64,000 nt of DNA from an uncultured Acidobacteriota bacterium (GTDB taxonomy: Bacteria > Acidobacteriota > Thermoanaerobaculia > Multivoradales > UBA5704). Of this stretch, positions 29,501 to 39,567 are shown piece by piece; the stretch's first letter is position 1, and each line of letters begins with the position of its first letter. Location: NCBI GenBank assembly GCA_963700145.1, contig OY969474.1:4000001-4064000 (forward strand). The letters are read 5' to 3'. Below the pieces are notes generated by a model. It was not told the origin of the DNA and did no database searches. It saw nothing but the letters and a program-made list of their open reading frames with translations. The translations under genes were made by a program, and so were the position numbers.

Positions 29501-30213
29501 CGGCTTCTCGCCGGGATCGTGCTGGGAGCCGGCATCGCCAGGATGTCGGCGACGATGATTTCGTGGAAGCGGAAGTTCTTCTGAGTGGCGTCCCACTGCA
29601 TGTACTCGATGGCATTGGGATGCGCGCCGGGATAGGAGCTGTGCGGCGTCATTCCGATGGTGAACGTGAAGCGCGCGTCGTCGCTCGGCATGAGGATGCG
29701 AGGCGTGCGCGCGGTGCCGGTCTGCAGGCTTTCCGAGCGCGACATCAGGATCCAGTTCTGCCGGAAGTCGGCCCGCAGTGCGGCGATGAAGCGCGCCGGC
29801 GTGTTGATCTCCGGATGCGCCGTCAGGTAGGCCTGCAGCCCCGTCGCGCCATCGGGAGCGAAGTCCGTGATCGTCGTGATTGCCGTGTTCCATTGGAAAT
29901 TGGCGGTTACGGCGCGGGCCACGGTCATCGACACTGTACAGGTTCCGGTTCCTGAACAATCTCCGCTCCATCCGGTGAAGGTCGAGTCGGCGGCTGCGGT
30001 TGCGGTGAGTATCACCGTGTCTGTGGTCAGGAAGTTTCCGTCGCAGACGGTGCCGCAGTTGATCCCGGTGCCGGTGACGGTTCCGGACCCGAGGCCGGTC
30101 TTCAACACCAGCAGCGGGGGATCATCGGGCTGTGCGACGATCGCGAATGCAATCAACAAAAGGCCGAGGGTGAACGCGTAGGCGACGCGCGGCGGAGTTG
30201 CTGCGATCTTCAT
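26518..30213 (-). CDS. Large secreted diheme c protein: InlB-B-repeat-like domain, heme domain, cytochrome c domain, VWD domain
   Basis: Signal peptide; GSGTV...FTGWSGDCSG...VTANF; CSKCH; CIECH...MMPCGG...IKRWIVGGA; GDPHIQTIDGVHYDFQSAGEFVL. Confidence 0.8.
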   Translation of the reverse strand: MKIAATPPRVAYAFTLGLLLIAFAIVAQPDDPPLLVLKTGLGSGTVTGTGINCGTVCDGNFLTTDTVILTATAAADSTFTGWSGDCSGTGTCTVSMTVARAVTANFQWNTAITTITDFAPDGATGLQAYLTAHPEINTPARFIAALRADFRQNWILMSRSESLQTGTARTPRILMPSDDARFTFTIGMTPHSSYPGAHPNAIEYMQWDATQKNFRFHEIIVADILAMPAPSTIPARSRGVSIDDDKCSKCHSTRNVLNRTTSNGTSGPPGGVKFKNKPNWDAYDSWGGMTPFNRDRIYQGSVEAVAFRRIFNLWNWRNSAENDSIRQILEQLQLQASWVSSTSPHRITRNLTSTTDTGHIVFGFDSMPAITTSTATSGYNFGGPSTAPSTVTQGGRYATLRHESPEPPPADAVLNDDYSRPDLDEGRGVQFFDLLGGLDGDLNPQRIADELIDHRFATGSVGIDVRPITLAIAMSCLTINPAGSGSITSTPALSVDFGFFNSRNGITGINDLVNDTRESAVSLPRRKADIQKMALDRRIDPYLMDPPSENGLLQQYDPTATVDTPRVRREVFQRPLEVFPGDTTMVMNGLYIDREDYTSNTNKMALFRYFLEPLGVSVDKWSMGVRGRSRTYTFADVFGSYRNRLISEMRTSLGLGTSTTCAVVIPLVNTSLGSLPGAADPPTYTDVQRIFNKSCIECHGDLRYPPYENVDTTLNLAEQEIPPAGTSPMRRPYDIAQPRSTSLMGPIYRFITRTDETCPPSGTGMMPCGGPALSKADIETIKRWIVGGANYTEGDPHIQTIDGVHYDFQSAGEFVLLRDLGVEIQTRQTAVPTGEPLPPNAHTGLSSCVSINTAAAVRVGPHRITYQPAAAVRVDPHRITYQPPREGQSNERGPELRIDGELTTLGGGEIRLPSGGRVFRASPGANLQIDTPGGTVINITSNWWDHRQLWYMNINVRQSRATEGVMGAIAPNNWLPALPDGTQLGPRPASLHQRYVDLYEKFEKAWRVTSATSLFDYAPGTSTATFTIEKWPEENPTLCDVPPTAGIPPGPAPQKPLDERTAEQFCGNIADKNRRNNCIQDVMVTGETGFAKAYAETEQSERNRFPDPPKLDFPADRAELPQPVPFTFSEAADRESKGVTYRQCIWPIERQFTLNDCDPKPITVERSKLGWLKRSKLGILKKSKPGMLERTARSTPSGAALKSGRSYFWKVIVEDGKGGLTESETRRFVVK
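26650..26721. repeat. In-frame 24-bp tandem repeat, 3 copies
   Basis: Encodes ERSKLGWL KRSKLGIL KKSKPGML. Confidence 0.85.
27566..27655. repeat. In-frame 45-bp tandem duplication
   Basis: Encodes AAAVRVGPHRITYQP AAAVRVDPHRITYQP. Confidence 0.9.
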
Positions 30214-30220
30214 GACGCAC

Positions 30221-30580
30221 CTATTGCTTTCCGGACTCGAGGCCGAGGATCCAGTTCACGAGGCGGGAGATCTCTTCATCGGTGAGGCGTGGGGAGTGCG
30301 GAGGCATGGGGACGCCTCTGGAGATGCGCGTCCAGTTGCCCTTGCCGCCTTTCTTGACGGTCTCGATCAGCCGTTCGGGCGCCTTCGGGTCGCTTTTGTA
30401 TCGCGCGGCGACGTCCGCATAGGCCGGGCCGACGACTTTGTTGTCGACGCTGTGGCACTCGAAGCAGCCGGCCTGTTTCGCCAGCTCGGCGGGAGGCAGC
30501 GTAGCGCTCTCCTGAGCAATGAGTCCTGGAGCAGCACTAATGAGAACACCAAGGGAGATACCGATCCAGCGCGTGTTCAT
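30221..30580 (-). CDS. Class I cytochrome c (c551/c552-like)
   Basis: Signal peptide; GCFECHSVDNKVVGPAY; GVPMPP Met ligand; RBS GGAGGA. Confidence 0.92.
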   Translation of the reverse strand: MNTRWIGISLGVLISAAPGLIAQESATLPPAELAKQAGCFECHSVDNKVVGPAYADVAARYKSDPKAPERLIETVKKGGKGNWTRISRGVPMPPHSPRLTDEEISRLVNWILGLESGKQ

Positions 30581-30808
30581 GCGATCCTCCGTTAAGGACG
30601 CCACGTCGGCGCAGGCGAGCGCCAGCGAAGTGGTTGATCTGTCGGTCCGATCCGGCCATCATCTCAGCTCGATGATCCCCTCTACCCGCCTTAGCAGTCG
30701 TCGCCGTTCAGGGTTTGCCGATGTCGTCGGGCTAAGTGAAGTGATGTCCGTAAAGCAAGCGGGGTCGGCAACTCCTGTGCTAAACGACCGTTTTGCTTCG
30801 CGATCACA

Positions 30809-31237
30809 TCAGCCTAAGCAGTAACCGTTGGCGCTGTTATTTCCCTCATCAGATTCATCTACCACGTTAGTGGAGTCAATGGCGATCGTGAAGTGACAAT
30901 CAGGCTGGTGGCAATTCGCTGGGAAAGCTCCTAAAGCAATCGGTCCGAGATTAAGCGACTCGCCTCTTGTCAGAACAGGCGTGGGCAAGTCGACCACTTG
31001 GTTACCGGTCGGTACGGAAGTGAATGTGACTCTTGTGATTGAGGCTGGCGCATCAGCAAGCCCTTGATTCTTGACTATGACTATCAGCCTGCCGTTATCA
31101 TCCAAGCTGCAGTATGCAACTGGGTCCGTACCCAAATCAGGTAGCTTAACTGCCAGCAGGTCCGGCTTTGAGTCGCAACCGCCGAGAGCAGCGATTGTCG
31201 AAATCCCAAAGAGCAGTAGTAGCGTTTTACCACGCAT
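30809..31237 (-). CDS. Lipoprotein with CARDB-like domain
   Basis: RBS AAGGAGGG; lipobox LGGC; KPDL...VKNQG...DSTNVVDESDEGNN. Confidence 0.8.
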   Translation of the reverse strand: MRGKTLLLLFGISTIAALGGCDSKPDLLAVKLPDLGTDPVAYCSLDDNGRLIVIVKNQGLADAPASITRVTFTSVPTGNQVVDLPTPVLTRGESLNLGPIALGAFPANCHQPDCHFTIAIDSTNVVDESDEGNNSANGYCLG

Positions 31238-31451
31238 CGCATACCCTCCTTTTGGAATTCAGGTTTCGCGCACAATAACGCACTGCGAGTCATGCCTCTG
31301 TGTCGGAGAGGATAACGCTGGTCGTTGACCATGATGGAGGCTGCCCTCCTTGCCATGCCAATGTCCTGGACAAGTTCCATGCTCTCTACGCGGGGGGTTG
31401 TGGCTCTTCGGGAGCCATTGCATTCGGCAGTCACCATGAAAGCGACAAGGC

Positions 31452-31677
31452 GCCGAACCTCTGCTTCTACGGATTGGCCGGCTTTCGAACGAGGGGTGGC
31501 ACAGCCGTTCGGCTGTCCGCATATGCTCCTGCTCCGAGAGCGGGCCCATGGCTGCCAGATGCTTGCGCCTCTATAAGTTGCGCGATTATAGCAGGAAAGA
31601 AGCGTCGGCGCGAATGCGGCTCGGAAGGGCCAGCTGCGGAATCCTCCAAGTCTGCGGCTAAGGCTTAGGCCGGCAGG
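31452..31677 (-). mobile_element. Putative integron attI/Pc region (copy A)
   Basis: Lies downstream of intI. Extended -10 TGCTATAAT at 31593-31585. Ends ...GCAGAG GTTCGGC. Similarity to 42911-43126 stops at this GTT. Confidence 0.7.
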
Positions 31678-31925
31678 CGCTTAGGCGGACGCCGGAGCCG
31701 GCTCCCGCCGGGGCGGGGGCTCCCACGACCTCTGGTGATTGGCGGGCGCGCGGTGCCACGGCGTCGTCTAACCGGCCCTGGCGGATCGAAGCTGGAGCGT
31801 AGGCGGCGGATCGGCGCCGCCTACGCGCCGCTAAAGCCGTGCGCCTGCCCCGTGCGCCGACCACCTGCGAGGAGCTTATGCGGCATGGCTCTGTCGGCTA
31901 AGCACGGACAGGGGTAAGAGCCGCG

Positions 31926-32288
31926 CTACAGAAAGTCCGCCGGGCTGCGCACGCCTCGGCCGCCCTTGTTGAGGACGTGGGTGTAGATCATGGTGGTCTT
32001 CAGGTGCCGGTGGCCGAGCAGCTCCTGGACGGTGCGGATGTCGTAGCCGTTCGCCAGCATGTGGGTGGCGAAGCTGTGGCGGAGACAGTGGAGCGTCACC
32101 GGCTTGGCCACACCGGCCTGGCGCGCCGCCTGCTTGAAGGCCCGCTGCACGGTCCGCTCATGGAGGTGGTGCCGCCCCTCCCGGCCGGTGGCGGGGTTCG
32201 CGCCACCGGCTGGAAGCCGGGAAGGCGTACTGCCAGCCCCACTCCCGGGACGCCCCCGGGTACGAAGCCGTCGGCCAGGTCGCGCTGG
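31926..32288 (-). pseudogene. intI: Integron integrase, 5'-truncated with internal deletion and frameshift
   Basis: QRDLADGF / [16 protein letters not shown] / RHHLHE (IntI-specific patch); [10 protein letters not shown]; [13 protein letters not shown]; [19 protein letters not shown]. Confidence 0.92.
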
Positions 32289-32360
32289 CTTAGGAAGAAA
32301 AGACTAATTCGGGATGCCAGGGAGCTTGCAGGTGAGGCCGCAGGGAGAGTTCCCCTGGCC

Positions 32361-32389
32361 TTGACAGGGTGCCTCGCCCCTCCTACACT
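32361..32389 (+). promoter_or_regulatory. Sigma70-type groESL promoter
   Basis: TTGACA-17 bp-TACACT. Confidence 0.85.
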
Positions 32390-32390
32390 G

Positions 32391-32417
32391 TTAGCAGTCT
32401 CAACCGCTGAGTGCTAA
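32391..32417 (+). promoter_or_regulatory. CIRCE (HrcA operator)
   Basis: TTAGCAGTC-N9-GAGTGCTAA, one mismatch to the consensus TTAGCACTC-N9-GAGTGCTAA. Confidence 0.92.
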
Positions 32418-32481
32418 GCACGCGGCGGGACGGTTCACGTAAACCACTGAAATCAGGCAGTCATCCGTCAAGGAGGCCAGA

Positions 32482-34456
<1,975 letters not shown>

Positions 34457-34487
34457 GCCGCACCACCACCTTCACGCGGCACCACGA

Positions 34488-34524
34488 GCGGCCGGCCTGG
34501 GCAACCTGGGCCGGCCGTTTGTTT
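34488..34524 (+). terminator. Rho-independent terminator after groEL
   Basis: GCGGCCGGCCTGG GCAA CCTGGGCCGGCCGT TTGTTT. Confidence 0.75.
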
Positions 34525-34572
34525 GCACCCGGTTCGCTGGACATCTGATGCATGATGCTTGATGATCACGGC

Positions 34573-34800
34573 ATGCGGACCACCCTAGAGATCGACGACG
34601 ACATCCTCCAAGCGGCCAAGGAGATCGCCGCCAGCCGGGGCACAAGCGCGGGGCGCGTGCTGTCGGACCTGGCGCGAAAGGCGATGGAGCCGAAGCGATC
34701 GCCGCGGGTGCGCAACGGTGTGCCGCTGCTACCGCGACGACCGAAGGGGAGCCCACGGCCGACGATGGAGCTCGTCAATCGGCTCCGCGACGAGCCATGA
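34573..34800 (+). CDS. VapB-like antitoxin (RHH)
   Basis: MRTTLEIDDDILQAAKE...RNGVPLL; ATGA-coupled to a PIN gene. Confidence 0.88.
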   Translation: MRTTLEIDDDILQAAKEIAASRGTSAGRVLSDLARKAMEPKRSPRVRNGVPLLPRRPKGSPRPTMELVNRLRDEP

Positions 34801-35240
34801 CGCGAGTCGCGCTGCTCGACGTCAACGTCCTGCTGGCGCTCTTCGACCCCGATCACGTCCACCACGACGCCGCGCACGAGTGGTTCGCCGATCATCGCGA
34901 GGAGGGGTGGGCGACCTGCCCTCTGACCGAGAATGGCTTGGTGCGGGTGCTCTCGAATCCCGCCTATGCGGCGGTCCATGAAGCGCCGGCCGTCGTCGTA
35001 GGGCGTCTCGCGTCTTTCTGTGCGAGCGGCAACCACGTCTTCTGGGCGGACGAGGTCTCGCTGCGCGACCCGCGAGTTCTAGCACCCGCAGCGGGACTCA
35101 CTCACCGGCACGTCACGGATGTCTACCTCTTGAGTCTTGCGAAGCACCGCGGCGGCAGGCTCGCCACCTTCGACCGCCGCATCCCGCTCGCCGCCGTCGT
35201 CGGGGCCGAGCACGAGCACCTCGAGGTCATTCCTGCCTAG
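34797..35240 (+). CDS. vapC: VapC PIN-domain toxin
   Basis: LLDVNVLLAL, TENG, TDVYLL, LATFD. Confidence 0.9.
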   Translation: MTRVALLDVNVLLALFDPDHVHHDAAHEWFADHREEGWATCPLTENGLVRVLSNPAYAAVHEAPAVVVGRLASFCASGNHVFWADEVSLRDPRVLAPAAGLTHRHVTDVYLLSLAKHRGGRLATFDRRIPLAAVVGAEHEHLEVIPA

Positions 35241-36801
35241 CAGCTAGTCGTTGTCCGTCGGTTTCACCTACTAGCTCGCCGGCGGCGCGGGCGCGGGCCC
35301 AGCGGGTCTCTTCGTCGCGCGCGAGGTGGCGGGCGGCGGCGAGGAGGCAGGCGAGGGCGGCGGCGTTGGCGAGGAGGGCCCAGAGGAGGGCGGGGCGCAG
35401 GTCGCCGAAGGCGACGGAGAGGCGGCCGATCGTGTAGGGGCCGAGCGCCAGGCCGATGAAGGTCACGACCAGGAGGAACGTCGCCGCGGCGACGGCGCGC
35501 ATGCGCGGCAGGACGAGGTCTTGCACCGTCGAGGCGCCGGGGCCGAGCCAGAGCGCGGTCGTGACGTAGAACGGGAAGCTGGCGGCGTAGGCCCAGGGGA
35601 GGCTCGGCGCGGCGAGGAGCGCCAGGGCGCACGGGATCGGCAGGACGGCGTTCGCCATCGCCACCTGGAGGCGGCCGGTCGGCGACCGCCGCCGCAGCCG
35701 GTCGGCGAGGAGGCCGCCCAGGGTCACTCCCAGCCAGCCGCCGGCCGCCGCGATGCCGCCGAGGACGAGGCCCACCTCCGCCAGGTCTGCGCCGTGGACA
35801 CGGATCAGCAGCGGCGCGATCCAGAAGCCGTAGCCATAGCCGGTGAAGGACAGCAGGCCGCAGGCGAGGGCGACGCCCCCGAGCGACCGGCTGCGGAAGA
35901 TGAGCGCGGAGGCGGCCCGATCGCGCAGCGCCAACGACTGCGCCCAGGAGAAGACCGCGTAGGCGCCGAGCGCCAGCGAGAGCCACTGCGCGGGGTTGCC
36001 CAGGAGGCGGGTGAGGAGCGCGGCGAGCGCCAGCGCGCCGGCGGCGGCGAGGAGGTTCGCCGCGAGCACCCGCCGCCGCGCCCGCAGCCGCAGCAGGTTC
36101 AAAAAGGTGAGCGGCGGCAGGACCGCCGCGAGCTCGTGCCCGAAGGCGCGCCAGGGGTGGGGCTCCGGCGGCGTCACGGTGCCTTCCGTCTCCCCGCGGC
36201 GCGGCTCGCGCAGCGTCGCCACCCAGAGCGCCAGCAGGATCCCCGGCAGCCCCGCGGCGAGGAACGCCACCTGCCAGCCGCGCAGCCCGAAGGGCGGCGC
36301 GGCACCCGCCCAGGCGGCGTCCCAACGGTCGACGACGAGGCCGCCGATCCCCAGCCCGAGCCCGGCGCCGAGATAGATGCCGCTCGAGTAGATTGCCAGC
36401 GCCGTGGCGCGGCGGGCGCGCGGGAAGTAGTCGGAGAGCAGCGAGTAGGCCGCCGGGCTGGCGCTCGCCTCGCCGACGCCGACGCCGATCCTGGCCAGCG
36501 CGAGCTGCGGGAAGCTCCGCGCCAGCCCCGAGAGCGCGGTCATGGCGCTCCAGGCGGCGAGGCCCAGGGCGATCAGCCGCCGGCGGTCCCAGACGTCGGC
36601 GAGCCGCCCGAGCGGGATGCCGAAGACGGCGTAGAAGACGGCGAAGGCGGTGCCGTAGAGGTAGCCCATCTGCGCGTCGGTGACGCCGAGGTCGGCCTTG
36701 ATGCGCTCGGCGAGGATCGAGAGGATCTGCCGGTCCAGGAAGTTGAAGACGTAGACGACGACCAGGACGCCGAGGACGTAGCGCGGGTAGCGGCCGGTCA
36801 T
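35227..36801 (-). CDS. MFS transporter (spinster-like)
   Basis: NFLDRQIL, GRLADVWDRR, RIGVGVGEA; many TM helices. Confidence 0.9.
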   Translation of the reverse strand: MTGRYPRYVLGVLVVVYVFNFLDRQILSILAERIKADLGVTDAQMGYLYGTAFAVFYAVFGIPLGRLADVWDRRRLIALGLAAWSAMTALSGLARSFPQLALARIGVGVGEASASPAAYSLLSDYFPRARRATALAIYSSGIYLGAGLGLGIGGLVVDRWDAAWAGAAPPFGLRGWQVAFLAAGLPGILLALWVATLREPRRGETEGTVTPPEPHPWRAFGHELAAVLPPLTFLNLLRLRARRRVLAANLLAAAGALALAALLTRLLGNPAQWLSLALGAYAVFSWAQSLALRDRAASALIFRSRSLGGVALACGLLSFTGYGYGFWIAPLLIRVHGADLAEVGLVLGGIAAAGGWLGVTLGGLLADRLRRRSPTGRLQVAMANAVLPIPCALALLAAPSLPWAYAASFPFYVTTALWLGPGASTVQDLVLPRMRAVAAATFLLVVTFIGLALGPYTIGRLSVAFGDLRPALLWALLANAAALACLLAAARHLARDEETRWARARAAGELVGETDGQRLAARQE

Positions 36802-36925
36802 GGCGCCGGATCATCACACCGTTGCCCCGCGGCCGAGCGGTCGGGCGTAACTTCTTCTGCTCAGCGGCACAAAGATTGACGGAATGCGGAGAAAATTCCT
36901 TGTAGCAGTAACCAGGTTCTTCGCG

Positions 36926-36983
36926 TAAGTCACTCATCCAAAAGCACTTAGACTTGCAATAGCAGGGTGCCGCGCGGTAGATT
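36926..36983 (+). promoter_or_regulatory. XRE promoter with TAAGT-N15-ACTTA site
   Basis: TAAGT-N15-ACTTA, 3 bp, TTGCAA, 18 bp, TAGATT, 10 nt, GTG. Confidence 0.7.
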
Positions 36984-36993
36984 GCGCGCCGTC

Positions 36994-37464
36994 GTGTTCG
37001 AGCTCATCGGCGAGACCCTGCGGCGGCTCCGCAAGGAGAGCGGGAAGACCCTTGCCCAGCTCGGGTCGGAGGCCCAGGTCGGCAAGGGGCAGCTCTCGCG
37101 CATCGAGAACGGCAAGCAGGAGGCCACCTTCGGCACCCTTGAGCGGGTGCTCAAGGCGCACGGCGTCTCGCGCCAGGACTTCTTCCGCCGCTACGACCTG
37201 GTCGAGGCCGAGGCGTCGGCGCTGCGCCGCGGCCGGCGGCTGACGCGCGAGGGGACGCACGACGCCTACCCGGTAGCGACGACCTCGCGCTGGCCCGGCG
37301 AGCTGCGCGACGCGCTCGCCCAGATCGAGTCGTTCGTCGAGACCAGCCTGCGCGAGGCGCAGCCGCTGGCGCAGGGGATGGTCGAGATCGGCGAAGTGGT
37401 GGTGGTCTTCCGTGTCCTGCCCAAGGGCTCGGATCAATTGCCGAAACCGGCCCGAAAGAGCTGA
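36994..37464 (+). CDS. XRE-family HTH regulator
   Basis: IGETLRRLRKESGKTLAQLGSEAQVGKGQLSRIENG. Confidence 0.9.
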   Translation: MFELIGETLRRLRKESGKTLAQLGSEAQVGKGQLSRIENGKQEATFGTLERVLKAHGVSRQDFFRRYDLVEAEASALRRGRRLTREGTHDAYPVATTSRWPGELRDALAQIESFVETSLREAQPLAQGMVEIGEVVVVFRVLPKGSDQLPKPARKS

Positions 37465-37540
37465 TCTCTACAACCAAGAGCTAGGTCTGTGCGGTTAAAC
37501 ACGCGCTTCGATGCGTGGAACGGCACCAACGCTCTTCCGC

Positions 37541-37598
37541 TAAGTCATTTCTGATGAGACACTTAGGCTTGTAAGCCGGGTTCGACTTCGGCTACATT
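37541..37598 (+). promoter_or_regulatory. XRE promoter with TAAGT-N15-ACTTA site
   Basis: TAAGT-N15-ACTTA, 3 bp, TTGTAA, 18 bp, TACATT, 6 nt, ATG. Confidence 0.7.
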
Positions 37599-37604
37599 CC
37601 GCGC

Positions 37605-38066
37605 ATGTTCGGCAACCTGGGGCGCACCCTCCGGCTACTGCGGGAGCTGCGCGACCTCAGCCAGGGGCAGGTGGCACGCGAGGCCGGCATCGGCAAGAGC
37701 CAGCTCTCGAAGTACGAGAACGGCCGGGAGCTACCGAAGCTGGAGTCGTTGGCGAAGGTGCTCAAAGTCCTCGGCATCGGGCCCTACGAGTTCTTCTACA
37801 CGATGCACCTGCTCGACCGGCGCGCCGCCGACCTCGCCGCCGCCGCGGCGCGCGGCGACGCGTATCCCACCGCCGAAGGGCCGCCGGGCGAGATCCGCGA
37901 CCAGGAGCTCCTGCTGCGCTCGCTCCACCCCGGCAACCCGCTCCTCCCCGGCGCCATGGACCAGGCCTTCTCCCGCGTCTGGGAGGACCTCCTCGGCGTC
38001 TACCGCCTGGTCTGCGAGCAGCGCCTGACGGCCGGCCTCGCCAAGAGCGGCGAAGAGCCGAGCTAG
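37605..38066 (+). CDS. XRE-family HTH regulator
   Basis: LGRTLRLLRELRDLSQGQVAREAGIGKSQLSKYENG. Confidence 0.9.
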   Translation: MFGNLGRTLRLLRELRDLSQGQVAREAGIGKSQLSKYENGRELPKLESLAKVLKVLGIGPYEFFYTMHLLDRRAADLAAAAARGDAYPTAEGPPGEIRDQELLLRSLHPGNPLLPGAMDQAFSRVWEDLLGVYRLVCEQRLTAGLAKSGEEPS

Positions 38067-38779
38067 CCCTCCTCCCCCGGCTCCGCCACCTTCAGCATCC
38101 AGCGCTCCCAGCGCGCGGCGGCGAGCTCGCCACCGAGATCGGCGTCGCCGCTGTAGACGCGGCGCGGGACGCGCCGGCAGGGGATCGCGAAGGTGGTGGT
38201 GCCGGCGAGCGGGAAGGGGTCGAGGACGAGCCGCCCGGGCGCCGGCCGCCCGGCGACGCCGTGGCGGCGGAACGGCTCCCGCCAGCGGCCGCAGGCGGCG
38301 AGCGAGGCGAGGTCGGCGAGGTCGAGGAAGCGGTAGTCGGCGGCCAGGTCCTCCTCGCCGGCGCCCGTCGTGGCGAAGAGCTCGGCCGCCAGCTCGTCGA
38401 GGAGCGCGAAGAGCCCTTCCCAGACCGGCTCGCCGCGCCGCTCGCCGAAGAGCTGCAGCGCGTGGCGGACGATGAGGAGCGCCGCGTAGGGGCGGCTCCC
38501 GGCATAGCGCGCGACGCCCCGCTCCCAGACCTCCACCCGGTCGGCGGCCGGGAGGCTCGTGAAGTCGTGCGGCCGGCCGCGCGCGGCGTCCCAGCGCGGC
38601 GCGGCGTCGGCCTCGCGCCAGCCGTTGTCGTGCTCGCGGGCGGCGAAGAGGAGGTCGTCGCGGCGCGGGTGGGCGGGGAGACCGTCGGCGCGCCAGAGCG
38701 AGAGGAGCTCGCCGGAGAAGCGGGCGTGGTCGGGTTGGGTGACGAGGAAGAAGGCGTCGCCTTCGTCGACCACGATCAT
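38063..38779 (-). CDS. DUF3891-like protein
   Basis: MIV...LVTQPDHA...HDNGW...PYAALL motifs. Confidence 0.75.
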   Translation of the reverse strand: MIVVDEGDAFFLVTQPDHARFSGELLSLWRADGLPAHPRRDDLLFAAREHDNGWREADAAPRWDAARGRPHDFTSLPAADRVEVWERGVARYAGSRPYAALLIVRHALQLFGERRGEPVWEGLFALLDELAAELFATTGAGEEDLAADYRFLDLADLASLAACGRWREPFRRHGVAGRPAPGRLVLDPFPLAGTTTFAIPCRRVPRRVYSGDADLGGELAAARWERWMLKVAEPGEEG

Positions 38780-38795
38780 CGACTAGCATCCTCGC

Positions 38796-39557
38796 ATGCC
38801 CGTGCTGCGGATGGCGGAGCTGCCGTGGACGGAGGTCGCGGCGCTCGACCGCGCGCGCTGCGTGGCGCTGCTGCCGGTCGGCGCCGTCGAGGCGCACGGG
38901 CCGCACCTGCCGCTGGGCACGGACGTCGTGATCGCCGAGGCGATGGCGGCGGCGGCGGCCGAGCGGCTGGACCGCCGCGGCCTCGCCGTGCTCGTCCTGC
39001 CGGCGCTCGCCTACACCGCGGCGCCGTTCGCGGCGGCGTTCGCGGGGACGGTCTCTCTCCGCCCCGAGACAGTGACCGAAACGGTCGTGGACATCGGCCG
39101 CTCGCTGGCCACCGCCGGCATCCCGCTCCTGGCGATCGCCAACGCGCATTTCGACCCCACGCACGTGCAGGCGCTGCGCGCCGCCGCGGAAGAGCTGGGC
39201 AAGGAGGGGAAGATCGCCGTCGCCTTCCCGGACCTGACGCGCCGCGCGCTCGCGGCGCGCCTGACCGACGAGTTCCGCAGCGGCGCCTGCCACGCCGGGC
39301 GCTACGAGGGGTCGCTCGTCCTCGCCTCCCGCCCGGACCTCGTGCGCGAGGACGTGCGGCGAGAGCTGCCGCCCCACCCGATCTCCTTGACGGCGGCGAT
39401 GCGCGAGGGGAAGACGACCTTCGCCGAAGCCGGCGGCCCCGACGCCTACTTCGGCGACCCCGCCGCCGCCTCGCGCGAGGAGGGCGAGGCCACGCTCGGC
39501 GTTCTCGCCGCGATCCTCGAAGAGGCCGTGCTCGCGGCCCTCGGCAATCCTTGCTAA
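38796..39557 (+). CDS. Creatininase-family amidohydrolase
   Basis: LPVGAVEAHGPHLPLGTD, NAH, CHAGRYE. Confidence 0.9.
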   Translation: MPVLRMAELPWTEVAALDRARCVALLPVGAVEAHGPHLPLGTDVVIAEAMAAAAAERLDRRGLAVLVLPALAYTAAPFAAAFAGTVSLRPETVTETVVDIGRSLATAGIPLLAIANAHFDPTHVQALRAAAEELGKEGKIAVAFPDLTRRALAARLTDEFRSGACHAGRYEGSLVLASRPDLVREDVRRELPPHPISLTAAMREGKTTFAEAGGPDAYFGDPAAASREEGEATLGVLAAILEEAVLAALGNPC

Positions 39558-39567
39558 CGTCGCCGCC

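Noticed and set aside
31452-31513. GCCGAAC...GTTCGGC as a 62-bp attC
   Set aside because: The inner arms do not pair convincingly, and the segment lies inside the element shared with 42911-43126, which fits attI better.
31766-31772. GTTAGAC (minus) as the attI crossover
   Set aside because: It lies upstream of the promoter with no ORF after it; the homology break points to 31458 instead. It may be an accessory IntI site.
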